Positions 45,715 through 58,800 of a stretch of DNA of 64,000 nucleotides are shown here, one piece after another. Below the pieces are notes generated by a model. That model worked only from the letters and a program-made list of their open reading frames with translations. It did no database searches and was not told the origin of the DNA. The number at the start of each line of letters is the position of its first letter. Positions within the stretch are counted from its first letter, which is position 1. A program made the position numbers and the translations under genes. This DNA is from Sphaerodactylus townsendi. Its lineage: Eukaryota. The stretch covers positions 35,898,001-35,962,000 of the forward strand of contig NC_059436.1 in the NCBI RefSeq assembly GCF_021028975.2, written 5' to 3'.

Positions 45715-45884
45715 AAAACTATCAGTCTTGGTTTCTACAATGCAATGCAGTGGTGAGTCCGGCTATTTGGAAAGTCTTGAGTTCAATTCCAACTCTGCCA
45801 TGAAACCCTGAATCAGTTACAAACCCTACTTCACGGGGTTCTTGTGTAGATAAAATGCAGAAAGAAGGGATTAAGTACACCAGC

Positions 45885-46183
45885 ATGCTGTAGTGGTAGT
45901 GGTCAAAAGCAATGAATTTTAAACTGAAGAACCAGGTTTGATTCCCCACTTCTCCAAATGAGCACAAAATTCTAACCTGGTGAACTGGATTTGTTTCTCC
46001 ACTCCTCCACATAAAGTCTGCTGGGGGACCTTGGGCTAGTCACAGTTCTCTTAGAACTCTCTCAACCCCATGTACCTCACAAGGTGTCTTTTGCCGGCGG
46101 GCGGGGGGGAGAAGATGATTGTAAGCTGCTTTGACACTCCTTTTGGTAGAGAAAAAGCAGGATATAGAAACCAACTCTTCTTC
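45885..46183 (+). mobile_element. Older Squam3-like SINE subfamily
   Basis: A/B boxes, core, ccaactcttcttc tail. Confidence 0.78.
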
Positions 46184-46934
46184 TATCCACAGTGCTCTTG
46201 GAAGGATACAAATCCAATCAATGAAAAAAATCTTTTAGCAGCAAGGGTTTAAAAAAGAGCAGCATAATTGTTTACTCAAATGAAGAGGAGCAGGAATGAG
46301 GAATCAATGTGCTTCCTGGACACTCACATACACAAAGAAACATTTTGCATTGCTGAAGTGCATGAGATAGTACAGATGTATATGAAATACTTAGAGGCGC
46401 CTGGTTTTTTCTTTTAACAAGTGAAACTGTGAAAAAATGTTTTGCCACATCCTGATTAACATTTGGGGGGAGAAGGCCAGACAAAATGACTTCAAGGATC
46501 TCATTTGGTCTGCACACAGCCATTTGCCCACCCCCACCCCCGACATCTGAGCTGTAACAACAACGATCCATCACTGAATCTAGAAATATAATTGATATTT
46601 GAGAGAGGCAGCTACATTACTTCACCATGGCCAAACCACAAAAAGCCTTGTGCCGCCTTAAGCACAAATACATTTATCATGCATTGGCTTTTGCGAGAAG
46701 GGATCCGCTTGGTCAGAAGCCGTTTCAGATTTCCTTATTGCGGTCTGAAATTAGTTATGTAAAAAATAAGTTTCAGGCCAACAATAAATCTGGCATCATC
46801 CCCCTACCACAGAAGTGTAAAAAGTTACCTTTTCTTCAGCACCTGTGTCTCTATTATCAAACTCAACCCTTTCCTGATTACAGATATATTCACAACCTTC
46901 AAGAAGTAAAACGGGAGGTTTGTATCTCTTAGAG

Positions 46935-47080
46935 CAGTGGTGTCCATGTCTGGCAACCCAGATGTTTATGGACTACGATTCCCATCAGCCCCTGCCAGCA
47001 TGGCCAATTGTCCATGTGGCAGGGACGAATGGGAATCGTAGTCCACGAATATTTGGGGTGCCAGACTTGGGACACCCCTG
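46935..47080. mobile_element. hAT-type palindromic MITE, diverged
   Basis: TSD tcttagag/tcatagcg. Confidence 0.75.
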
Positions 47081-49568
47081 TCATAGCGCACTGGTGCGTG
47101 CAGTTGGGAATATTACCCTCTACTTGCCTTGCCACAAGTGGAATTGTGCCTTCAATGGGGATTTCTTACAGCTCTGGTTCCAGGCAGTTGAGGCAACTGG
47201 TTAGAATGTCCCAAAAGAAATTGCAGGTGCAGCCCAGTTTTGGTTCAGGGCATAACTGAGTTGAGTCTCCAACAAAAGGCCAATAAGCTTATGTTCCATT
47301 TCTACTTTCCATGAGATCAGTCAGAAGATAAAACAAGGCTTTCAAGCAAAGGATCAATATACCACAACCTCAAGGTTAGACATGTCGGAGTCTGAAATGC
47401 CTGCTTGCTTATTTCTGTACAGCCTGAAATGGTAGTTTGTTGGGTCATTTATTTGTGGGTCATTTCCCCTCCCTATATCTGGAGGTCTGCTTGCGTTTCC
47501 AATTGTGCTTGAGGAAAGAGCTCTGTACAATTCCAGTGCTTGCAAATGCCCTTCAGCAAACCAAGCACCTTGTTCGGTTCTGATGTGAAGCGGCTTCCCA
47601 TTCATGTTTGGCTTGGTCAACCCCAAGAGACAAAGGCATCAAGATGCTTAAGTCACACCCAGGGGCTGCCAAGATTGAAGGCTGAAACTAGTTTCGCTTG
47701 ACAGTGTGTCCAGGAAGAACAGGGGGTGTCCAGACATTTTTCGGATGGCACAGACAATTGGTTAGAGAGCCAGTGCAGTATAGTGGTTAGAATGACAGGA
47801 TAGGGTCTGGGTGACCCAGGTTCAAATCTATACTCCGCCATGGAGGTTTACAGGGTGACTATTCACTCTCTCCCCCTCTTATTCACCCACAGAGATGTTG
47901 CAAATATAAAATGAAGATAAGAACAGTGTAAGCTGCTTTGGTTCCCTATTGGAAGTTGGGGTATAAATAAGTACACGAGTTCTGCTTTTAAATCAATTCT
48001 ACTTCAATATAGTTTCACCAAAGGATTCTTGAGTTTTCTGTTCTTTCTTGCTTTGACTTTGTTGCTAGATTTTACTGCTCAAGTTTTATGCAGTAATTTG
48101 ATGCTTCCATTTCATTCCCTGTCACTTAGTTCTGCTGACTTATTTTCTTTAAACTGCGTCAGCATCTATTTTTAATGTGAGATGCCTCGAGGATAGCTGA
48201 GAGAGTGGGATATAAATTATTAAATAAAAAATAAGATATCAGGAAGCAATTTTCCTTCAGCCAGATTGGCCAGGGATTCTGGAGGGGGGTTTTTTTGCCA
48301 TCTTCTGGGCATACAACACTGGGGGGGAGGGGGGGGGAGGCAGTTGTGAATTTCCTACATTGTGCAGGCCGTTTGACTAGATGGCCTTGATGGTCCCTTC
48401 CAACTCTATGTTTCTAGGTATTGGCATGGTAAAATTATGGCACTCCCCAGGTATTTGTATTTTTTAAAATCCATCTTGCTTTGTCAATGTTGCGTTTACC
48501 CCTTGTGAATGCTTAAGGGTTATGCTCAAACATCCCTTAGTGGACATCTTGTCAAAAGAAATGGTCAGTTTCTCCACAACCACCTTCTCAATTTCTTCCA
48601 ACTTCTAAGCTGCAGTGTTTGGGGCAACGTAGCCACTAGTATGATAATGAAGGCAACCTAAGAGACAGGATGGGTGGGCTTCCTGCGCCTAGGTAATTGA
48701 GAAAGTCCAGCCTCAAAGTGAACAATGGTTTTTCTCATCCCTCCCTGGTGAATTTATATGGGGGGGGGGAAGCAGCACTCCCCTGGAGGAAAGGAACAGA
48801 CATTCTTGATGTGAGGTAATCATGCTTGAGCCATACAGAGGCAGACTCCACAGGAACTCTGAAGGAAGCACATTTGGCACAGGATTTGACGGCAGGTGAC
48901 CTGCCAAGTGAAGGAGGGAGGTAAACCAGATCAATGAACCTGGACCCATTAAAATAAGCTTGCCTATCTCTTTTAACATCAAAGATATAAGTTGCCTATC
49001 TCTATGCTCAAATGCTGCAGTATGTTGCTGTTCAATTGTATGCTTTTACTCACTGTATTCATTGTTTGCTTATAATCTTCAAAAATTGAAACTGGAATTA
49101 TACAGTCTTTGCAACCATAGAAGAAGCTTCGTGCTTATCGAAGTATAAGGAAGAAACAAGAAGAATTTGCCTTGTTGGAAATATTTCCAACCAGTGAGAT
49201 TTCTAAAATTTGACCGTAACCTCCATGTTAGCTGGATGAAGAGGTGATTCTAATCTCCTCCCCAGCCTTACAGCAAGCCATTAGAATCCAGTTCTAGTAG
49301 TGACCTGCTGTCTCATTCCCTGGGATAAAAACAAGGGCCTTCGGGATCATTTTATCACAAGCAGTTCTCCTGTCTTCTTCTTTTTACAAATACAACCACA
49401 CTAACAGAATTTGCTTCTAGACACAAGGACCACTCAAGCAGCAAAACTAAAGATGTGGCATTTTAATGATTCTAAGCCTAGGAGCATCCAGCCTCCTTTG
49501 TACAAGAAGTAACCAACTTTGGAGCAGGCTTCTACTTGTGCAACAGATGCCTGCCCCCTCTTTCAGCT

Positions 49569-49810
49569 TTAAGTAAGATCTTGTGAAGGGTCTTCGTTGC
49601 ACTCAAAGATGAGGGGGGAGGGGGGAGGAGCGTAAGGGGACTGGAGACGACTCTCTAATTTCTGAGCTGCTTTCTGGAGCCACAGCTCTCTGGACCCACA
49701 GCTCTCTGCTCTCTGTTGATGAGCTCCTGCAGCCTCCCTCCGGATTGCAATCTGCTTGCAGTACTGCTTGTACTTGGACTCACTCTTTGACATCTGGTTG
49801 CTGTTATAAC
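49569..49810 (-). CDS. C9orf43: C9orf43 last coding exon ...[23 protein letters not shown]
   Basis: ttttttgctcag|GT, phase 1, TAA at 49569; minus-strand ATTAAA at 49462-49467 is a possible polyA signal. Confidence 0.7.
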
Positions 49811-52800
49811 CTGAGCAAAAAAAGAAGAGGTGCATGGATGCATTCACGATCAGTTGCCCTGAAAAGACAGACATGCTTGAAAGAAAAGGTTTGCAGGACT
49901 TTTAAATTCGGCACTGCTGATGGAAGAACAAGGGGCATGGTGTCTGTAGCTTTTGCTTCATCCCCGGTTAGAGCAGGAGCTGCATCCCTTCTTGGAGAGA
50001 GAATTCCAGAAATCCAGGTTAGAATATTGTAATATTCAGGGTCTTGGAAATATGCTCAGAAATTTCAACTTGTGCAAAGTAGGAAAGCAAAGAATATTAC
50101 TTAGTGTTAAACATCTCGACTGGTTGTTCCTGTTTGTTTCCAAGCCAAAGAGACGTTGCAAAAATGTTAACACTCAAATTGGGTGGAAGACTGGGTAGCT
50201 AAAAGAACACTTACTCTTGCAAGAATTGGCCATCAGTTAAGTTCTCCTTGTGAGGCCATTCCCCATGCTACCCTTCCTTCTTCTTTGAATACATCTCTTT
50301 TCAGGCATAAGTGCCTATAACCATCTCTGCTAGTATTCTGGCACCAGCCAAACCCTGTCCTGTTTCTCTGAATGTTTAATAATATTGAAGAATCTTTTGT
50401 TCTGGTTTTCTGCTTTTTAGCCTCTATGTTTAAAATTGCATTTGTTTCTACTTTGGATTTATTTCTATTATTCTTTGCCCTCTGGTTTTCTATGTGCAGG
50501 CATCTGCATATAGAAATTTCCCAAACAAATAAGGCACAGACAGAAGGCAACAGCTCTCAGCCACTTCGACCCCACCCCACACCAACTGGCATTCAGTGGC
50601 ATTTACTGTTTTGAACCTTTGAGCCTGGAAGTACTATGTAGTTATCATGGTTGCTAGATCCTGCAGACAGATTGTCCAGGAATCCTCCTACCTCCACCTA
50701 TCTGCTGCAATTTCTTCCTACTGATAAAAACGGCTTTTCAAGACACAGATCTTTGCCTCGTGCCGCAGCAGATGGCTCTTACAGTAGACACCAGCTACAC
50801 TTACCCCTCATGAACACACTTGCTGTGCTGCTTCTGTACTCCTGAAACTTTGGAGAAGGCTTCATTCTATTAACAGCCACTCCTGAGGCTTGAGGGCTAC
50901 ACTTTGGCAGGCGCATCTTCTCTGAAGTCTGGAATGGATAAGTTGAGTCAAGGGTTACATAGCCAACTGCATTAATGGTGGTTGTATCTGGGCCACCCAA
51001 ATGCATGCTCAGAAAGTATGACAACTGGCAGATTGGGGGAACTTTACCAGAGGCAAAAGGCAGGAATACCACCACAATTTTGTTTTCACAGACTTTGAAT
51101 CTCTTCCCATGTGATCTGGGAATGGTAATTACTGAGTAGCAGCTAGGGACCTCCAGGAGACGATTATCAGCACCCAATTAAACTACACTTCATTCTGTGG
51201 GGGAAGCCACGCATGATTAAACTGGTATAAAACGGACATGCATGTACAGTTAATTTCCTAAAAATACCATAACCGACCCTGTCCCCATGGTGGGCAAAGC
51301 TGTTGACAGTAAACTAGACACACAATCTGCTTGCCATCACTTACAGCTTTTTGGAGCAGGTAGGTTTTGTATAGCAACCTTTCTCCTTCATTCCTTTGGC
51401 CACAGGCCGGTGAAGTCCGGAAATTCAAAGCAGTACCATTCATCTGCTGTGCTAGGGATGACACAAGGTGCTTGGGAATCCCAGAGCCTAAAGCAAGGTC
51501 AGAACAAGCAAGTCAGCTTTTTCTAGACAACAATATGGATGCCACCAGGTCAGGCAATACACAAAGCCAGAATTACGATATCCAGACCTTCTAAAACAAC
51601 CTGCAGATGGCTTTGAAGTCTTCTTAGGTCTCTTTCTTGCATAGGAATCTAAAGAAAAAAAGTGATAGGGTGGAGTTAGATCGAGGAAGAGAAAGGTATT
51701 TAGAGTCAAATAGTGTCTCTAAAAGGTTTCTTGCCAGACAAGCACAACAGAACTTGTGCCACAGACAACCACAAGGAATCTGGGCTACAGAAAGCTTGAT
51801 GCATTCTCACACAATGGATAAAGGACAGAAATAAAACTTGTTACCTAATATATATCAATCTATATATTTTTGTTGTGCCCTGCCTATTCTCACCTTACCA
51901 GTTTTCAAAGCTACGCAAGTAGTACTAGAAAAATACTTAGTTCCTGATTTTCTTATCAAGCAACCCAACTATAGTTCTTTATTAGGCCATTCCCAAGACA
52001 GATTAAGTCTTTTAAATCCATTAATCTGATTATCATATCACCACTTATTATCTTAGGGGATTCGATATCAATACACATGCACCCAAATAGTTTCTTGACA
52101 ATACTTCACACAACATAAATTTAAAAAAGTATGACACCTTGGTACTCAAGGAAGCAATCCACACTTCACAATGTGGAAAGCACCAAGAAAATCAAACCAA
52201 AGAATCAGCCAGGCTACAGTGACAGAGCAGAAACTGAGTTAAGGACTAAGACTAAGGAGGAGCAGTGGTGAAGTGGTTAAGAGCAGGTGTACTCTAATCT
52301 GGAGGAACCGGGTTTGATTCCCTGCTCTACCGCCTGAGCTGTGGAGGCTTTGGAGCTGTGGAGGCTGGGGAATTCAGACTAACCTGTACACTCTAACACT
52401 GGGTGGCCTTGGGCTAGTCACAGCTCTTCGGAGCTCTCTCAGCCCCACCTACCTCACAGGGTGTTTGTTGTGAGGGGGGAAGGGAAAGGAGTTTGTAAGC
52501 CCCTTTGAGTCTCCTATGGGAAAGGGAGGATATAAATCCAACTCTTCTTCTAATGTGGTGATAAACTTATTTATTTTATTTATTTATTTTTTCAATTTAT
52601 ATACCGCCCGATAAACTTGCATCCTGGAAACATGTGGATTATACTCACAGATTTCCTATAGCACTCTGTAACATCAAACACATTTTTAAAGAAAACTGCT
52701 TGCCCTTGTAGGAAATCCCAATATCTACTAGGTACAGCTCCCCCTTTCCTTGGGAAAGGATGGGAGAGAAGAGGAAATCCTGATACATTCAAACAAGATC

Positions 52801-55800
52801 CATTTCTTCAGGGGGCCATGGAGAGCCATGCCAACCCAAAAACACCGGTTAGAAGGGCTTCTGTGCATGCACACAGGATGTCAACAGCTAACGAAAGACA
52901 GCAGAGAGGGGAAGAGAAGTCTGGTCCAATCCAGATGTTCCATAAAATGCAAAGCAAGCATCCTCTGAAAACTAGGTCTGGAGCAAGAATACAGCACACC
53001 AACAAGTGTACATGGCAGCTAATCCCAGCAAACTTTTCCCCCTTTCTTTCAAAAACAAACAGAAAAGAACAAGAGAGGGGGGGGGGACTTAAAACCCAGC
53101 AGCAAATTTTAAAAAGAGTCAAAAGTGTTTGCCTCCTGTCAGTTTGATCCCAACCGTACAGAGAAGTTTTAATATTGCAAAACTATGAGCATTTCTGAAC
53201 ATGAGACCTTCAACCATGAGACTAAGATAACACATACCCCACCCCACCCCCCACAAGTTCTTACTAACCTGAGGCTCAAATCTGCACAAAGTGGGTGTTT
53301 TCTGCACATTAATTGGGGATTCTTCCTTTTCTCTGCTGCCTGGTGACCCTTTTTTCTTGTTCTCCAGATGGATGGCAATCTTCCTTTGCAGCTCTGCGAC
53401 AGGAGAAGGCGACAGGTACTGTGGGAGAATTTTCCTCTTCCCAGCAGGCCTTTCCACAGCCTTTCTTTCTCTGCCTGTAGGATTACTTCAGAACAAACCA
53501 ACACAACAATTGTTGCTCTGGGCTAAAAATACCCAATTCCTGAGCATGGAACTGGGATCATTTTCATTTTCCAAAGGATGCAAATGTCCACAATTAAGGT
53601 ATTTGCATTTTCACCAGGGTTGGAAGTAACCTGGCAAAGCCTCAGAGGACAACGGTGGCACTTCCTGTCCCAAAAACTTTCCCATGCTTCTTTGTCACAT
53701 TGAATTTAGTGGGTCAGGATGCCATCCAGGTTCTTTCAGGGGCAGAATTTGTCTTCCGGGTCTTCCCTTAACCAAATTATCACTTTGGGGTACTACAGCT
53801 TGCGACTGACCTTGATTTATTGGCAGGAATCTTTGGGTGCCTTCTTAGATGCAACAGGTACGGCTGGCCTCCTGTAGGGACTTTATTTGGCTTTTTTCTT
53901 TTCTGTAGATTAGGGTAACACTAACAAAAGGAGAAAATGCATAAATGCACAAATGAGAAATCCAAACATGCAGTTTCATCTTAAACACCACACCCTGCCT
54001 CATGGCTGCCAATGTCACCTCTTTGGGGGGGGGGGGTGGAGGATGGGAAAGAGGCTCACTATGATATAAGGTACTCAAGGGTTTCCCTCAGCAGGCAGGC
54101 TATATTCTGCTCTCTTAAAGCTGTATTGCACAACTTTGCCATGTAGTACCTGCCATAGAATCACATTTGCTGAACATTCTCCCTAATCATATGCTTTTTA
54201 GCTTTGAAACCGAACACTTGTGCTCCTTTTTCTGTTTGGGGAGACGGCTGGCCACTGGCCCCACACCTGCACTCTAACAGCAGTCAGACTCAAACATTTT
54301 CATTTCGCTTCTATTCCTTTTCCATGCTGGCCACAAGCCATAATTCCTAATAAAGGAACATCAAAAGACATGCTCCATGTTTTACTAACTGTAGCAGACA
54401 GAAAGCAAGCAATAGAAAACTTGTAGTCACTACAGCCATTATGGTGAAATTTCACAACAGCAGAGATTTAACAAATAGACAGCTTTGTTCCATGACCATC
54501 GATGACAACCATACCAAAATGAAACAATATGCAAGAATAAAAACCACATGAAATCCAGAAAAGCAAATATATTATACCATGCGGACACGTTAATCAGCCC
54601 TGATATTATACCTTAGTTCTAGAAAATTTTCTGGAAGACAGGATTATCCTGACATTGAATTGTGCTTCTATTAATAGCTACTGATCTCTGTAAATTCAAA
54701 GTGTTGTGTTCGTCCAGGTAAGTAAATAAGGAGCAACAGGAGCAAAAGAGAGAGAGAGAGAAAGAACATGAGAAAAGAGAAGAAAGGAAGGAATAGGGAA
54801 GAAGAAGTGGGACGGCATGAGGCAGCGGGTCACAATCAGGGCTGATTAACAGGTCAGCATGGTGGAGCACTTGCAAAGGTCCACAGTCCAGTACAGGGGT
54901 CTGCAACCTGTGGCTCTCCAGATGTTCATGGACTATAAATCCCATCAGTCCCTGCCAGCATGGCCAATTGGCTGGTGGGAATTGTAGTCCATAAACATCT
55001 GGAGAGCCACAGGTTGCAGACCCCTGGTCTAGTAGAGGGCTCACCACTAATAGGAGACTCTTCACCCATCTGTTCCAACAATGAGGATGAGAGATTACCC
55101 CAGATTGCTCTGCACTTTTGGGGTGATCTCCCATTTCCTGATGGGAATGGCTCCACAGGAGGCAGTGTTGCGCAGCTCTCTTATGTGAGCATTGCATTCC
55201 ACTCCCTCCTGGCAGTTCACCAAGCGGGAAATGAGAGTCTGAGATGTCACAAGAGCCTCTGAGTTAATCCTCTATTTTGGACAGGAAATAAGTTAAAGAG
55301 AAAGAAGGGAGATTGCCCCTCATGTATAAGAGAATCACCTTGACTGCTTCAGCTTTTCTCTGACCAAGAAATGGGAGACTATTCCAGAGGTCCCTGTGAT
55401 GTGACTTCTGTCTCCTTTTGCATGGTTATGAGACATTAAAAGGAGGAAGTAGAAGAACCTAGACAGGGAAACTTACAGTCTCTTTGCTGTTCTTAAAAGA
55501 CAGGATGCCTTCCAAAGCAAGTTCTTTCACGCACATTTTCTGTGTAGGAGTCTGTCTAAACAAAGAGAACCCATACTGTTGGCTTCTTATGGATCTTCAA
55601 TGAGGATTACAGTGGTCACTTAAGAGATATTCCTGCAAGTGTTAACAGGATGAGGCTCTCTGTATTTCAAACTGCACTGTGCTTGGTTTGTTGGCAATGA
55701 AGGGAATCCTTTGCTCTCAAGCTTACACCTGAATGAGACCTCCCCAGTTAGAGAGAGAGCTATATTCAATGCTCACCGTATGTACCACAGTACTTACATT

Positions 55801-58800
55801 CTTTTAGTTGGTCTCTCACTGAGCAACAATTTATGCCGCATATCTGGGATCCACTTCACAATCAAGTTCCCATAGGCAGGCTGGAAACCCAGTTTGAGTG
55901 CAGCAAGATCACCGAGATCTGTCACTTGTATCTAGCACATGGGGGTAGGGGAGAGATAGTAATAAGGAAAATTACAGCCAGTTGCTCTGCAAGAGCTCAA
56001 AAAGATCACAGTTCAAATTTTTCAAGGAAACAAAATACAAGTTATGGAGCCTGAAGGATGTAACGCCTGCTCAGTAGTTTAGAAAGCGGCTACATGAGCA
56101 CCTCAAACACTGATTAAATACTTTTATTAGTCCTAATTCTTCCCCCCAGCATTTTTAATGTACGCTCCCTGGTTTTAGTATTGTGAGAAAGTATTGTAAG
56201 ATCTTATGTTCTTAAGTTTCCTTCAGATAAAATCAAATATGTGGCATCTCTATGTTTGCTTATTTATAAATAGACAAGCAAAGAGACTCTCCTACAGCAC
56301 AACATAGCTACTACACCACACCAGAAGTCCATACAACCCCTGCACACCGTGTGTGTGTGTGTGTGTGTGCGCGCGCGCGCACAAAAAATAAACACATACA
56401 TCATCTGGTAATTCGCCAGAGTGCTCAAATGCTATTGTGTGCAGCAAAGCCTAGCTAGCCTCTGTGAGTGCCAGGAACAAAATTACTCAGAGCCTGTTAT
56501 CTATTTAAACGTACCGGTATATGTTTAATTTATTATAGGAACTCCATTTCTGGATAGGATGGAGTAAATATAGTTTCCCAATCTAGTGTCACTAACTAGG
56601 ATGGACACAGGACCTGCATCCTGCTCTCATGGTTGTAAGATGGAGAAGAAGGTATCCATGCCAGCGGAGGAGCAAAAAAAAGTTTCCTGAGAATAGCAAT
56701 CTACAAATCAAAGGGATAGTGTCACAGCAGTAGAGAAAGGATGCCCAGTGCCTTGACCCCTCTATCTCTCAGAGGCTCTAGTCCAGTGGTGGCGAACCCA
56801 TGGCACAGGTGCCAGAGATGGCACTCAGAGCCCTCTCTGTGGGCACGCATGCACAGAGTTCATCATGTGATAATAGTGTAATTATTTAAGGGAGATTATT
56901 AGCATCAAACCTAAGACCTAGTTTTGAGGAAGCAGTGTAGGTAAATCCTGTTAAGCTCTGTTAAACCCCACTGATTTTCACTAAAGCGTGATCCTTTACC
57001 TGGGAGTAAGCTTGGTTGCTTCAAAGCAAAACCACCGACTACCACCAAGCTTACTCCCGAGTAACGCGCGCCTTGGAGCCAGCAGTTTTTTCTATACTAA
57101 AACCTCGGTATTCAGGTTAAATTGCCATGTTGGCACTTTGCGATAAATAAGTGGGTTTTGGGTTGCAGTTTGGGCACTCGGTCTCAAAAAGGTTCGCCAT
57201 CACTGCTCTAGTCAAGACCCTTTTTGAAGTCTGAGGTTAAGAGACAGCACCAAGTCCTTAATTCCCAAGAATTGTTTCATTCACAGCCAATTTACAGTTG
57301 CCTGGACTTTGAAACATAGTGTCTATGTGCACATCTCTGCCCTTCAGCAGGAGGAATGACATCTTCTCCAAGCCCTGATGGGGCTCCTAATGGTTATCTT
57401 GTAACACTTAATTCCTATGGACTAAACATTCACAGCCATTAAAAAATCTTTCTTATTTCTTTTGCTGCTCACTCAATCAAGAAGCGTAGTGGAAGAAGAG
57501 TTTGGATTTACACTCCACTTTTCTCTCCTTTAAGGAGTCTCAAAGCAGCTTACAAACTCTTTCCCTTCCTATCTCCACAACAGACACCTTCTGAGGCAGG
57601 TGGGATTGAGAGAGTTCTGAAAGAGCTGTGGCTATCCCAAGGTCACCCAGCAGGCTTCATGTGTAGAGCAGGGAAACAAATTCAGTTCACCAGATAAGAG
57701 TCCACCACTCATGTGGAGGAGTGGGAAATCAAACCCAGTTCTCCAGATTAGAGTCCACCACTCTGAATCACTACTCTACGCTGGCCAAGGGGCCACAAAC
57801 AGCCACCAAAGATTATGTATAGTTGATTGATGGAAAGCTGCCTAATTTGTAAAAAAAAAAATCAACGTTCTGTTGTCAAAGTCCCTGATTCTGACATGGA
57901 ACCACAGCAATAAACTCATTCATAGTAATCAGACAGGGAATCAATTTTGGCTTATTAAAGTAAATTTGAATCAGTGGGGATGGCAGTCCAGGACATGTTT
58001 TGAGGCTATTTACATTCTGATACAGAACTAACAGGGTATGAAAAAAATCCCCCACTAATGATTACCTTTCTTTTTGATAATGGCAACTCACATTATCTTG
58101 AAGGGTGCCTACACTTATGTTAAGGAAATATGCAAACTTGTTTAAATGTAGCCGACTGATAAATCAGTCAGCAGGCAAATTTTCATTGTTGTTTTGATGT
58201 CATGTTCATTCTCATTGAGACAGAAAGCAAGATATAAACCAGAATGGCTGCATAAAACAAAATTGCAGCAGTTTTGAGCGGCCGTAAATAAAGTTAAATG
58301 ATTTCTTTGTAGCTAAAAAAAGCATTGTTGAAAATGTCAAGAAACTCAACAACTATACCCCAAACACCCAACCCCAGCTAATTGTTGAACTTACTTTTTC
58401 GACTTGTTTTAAAGAGGTTAAACTTATTGGTGTGTAGTGGGGGGGATGAGACTCCACCCTAGAATTCAGCCCGGGGAAGAGATTTCTTTCAGGACTGAAA
58501 TATGGAAAACAAAAAGAAAATGCTGAAAAGCTTATGCAGACCATGCACAATGGACAGAACTTCTGTCTAACAAATACTCACTACTATTTTTTGCCCACAC
58601 ACACTAATTAGCACAGGCTGAAATCCACCAGCACATTCACTCATACAAGCTGGACTGAAATATACAAGGGCTGGACAAAAGCAGTGCTTCGCTCTTATGT
58701 GGCTCCAGTTCATCTCAACAGGGCTTACACAAAGTTTCTGATGGATTTCTATTGTTAGGCTTGCTTCCTGATTAAGACACTTCTGAACGACTCGGCCACT

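Noticed and set aside
37000-49400. Additional plus-strand gene between C9orf43 and RGS3
   Set aside because: Only short ORFs; I found no phase-consistent exon chain or recognisable domain.
50215-50367. Extra C9orf43 exon with a gtaagt donor
   Set aside because: Stops in all three frames from the available acceptor.
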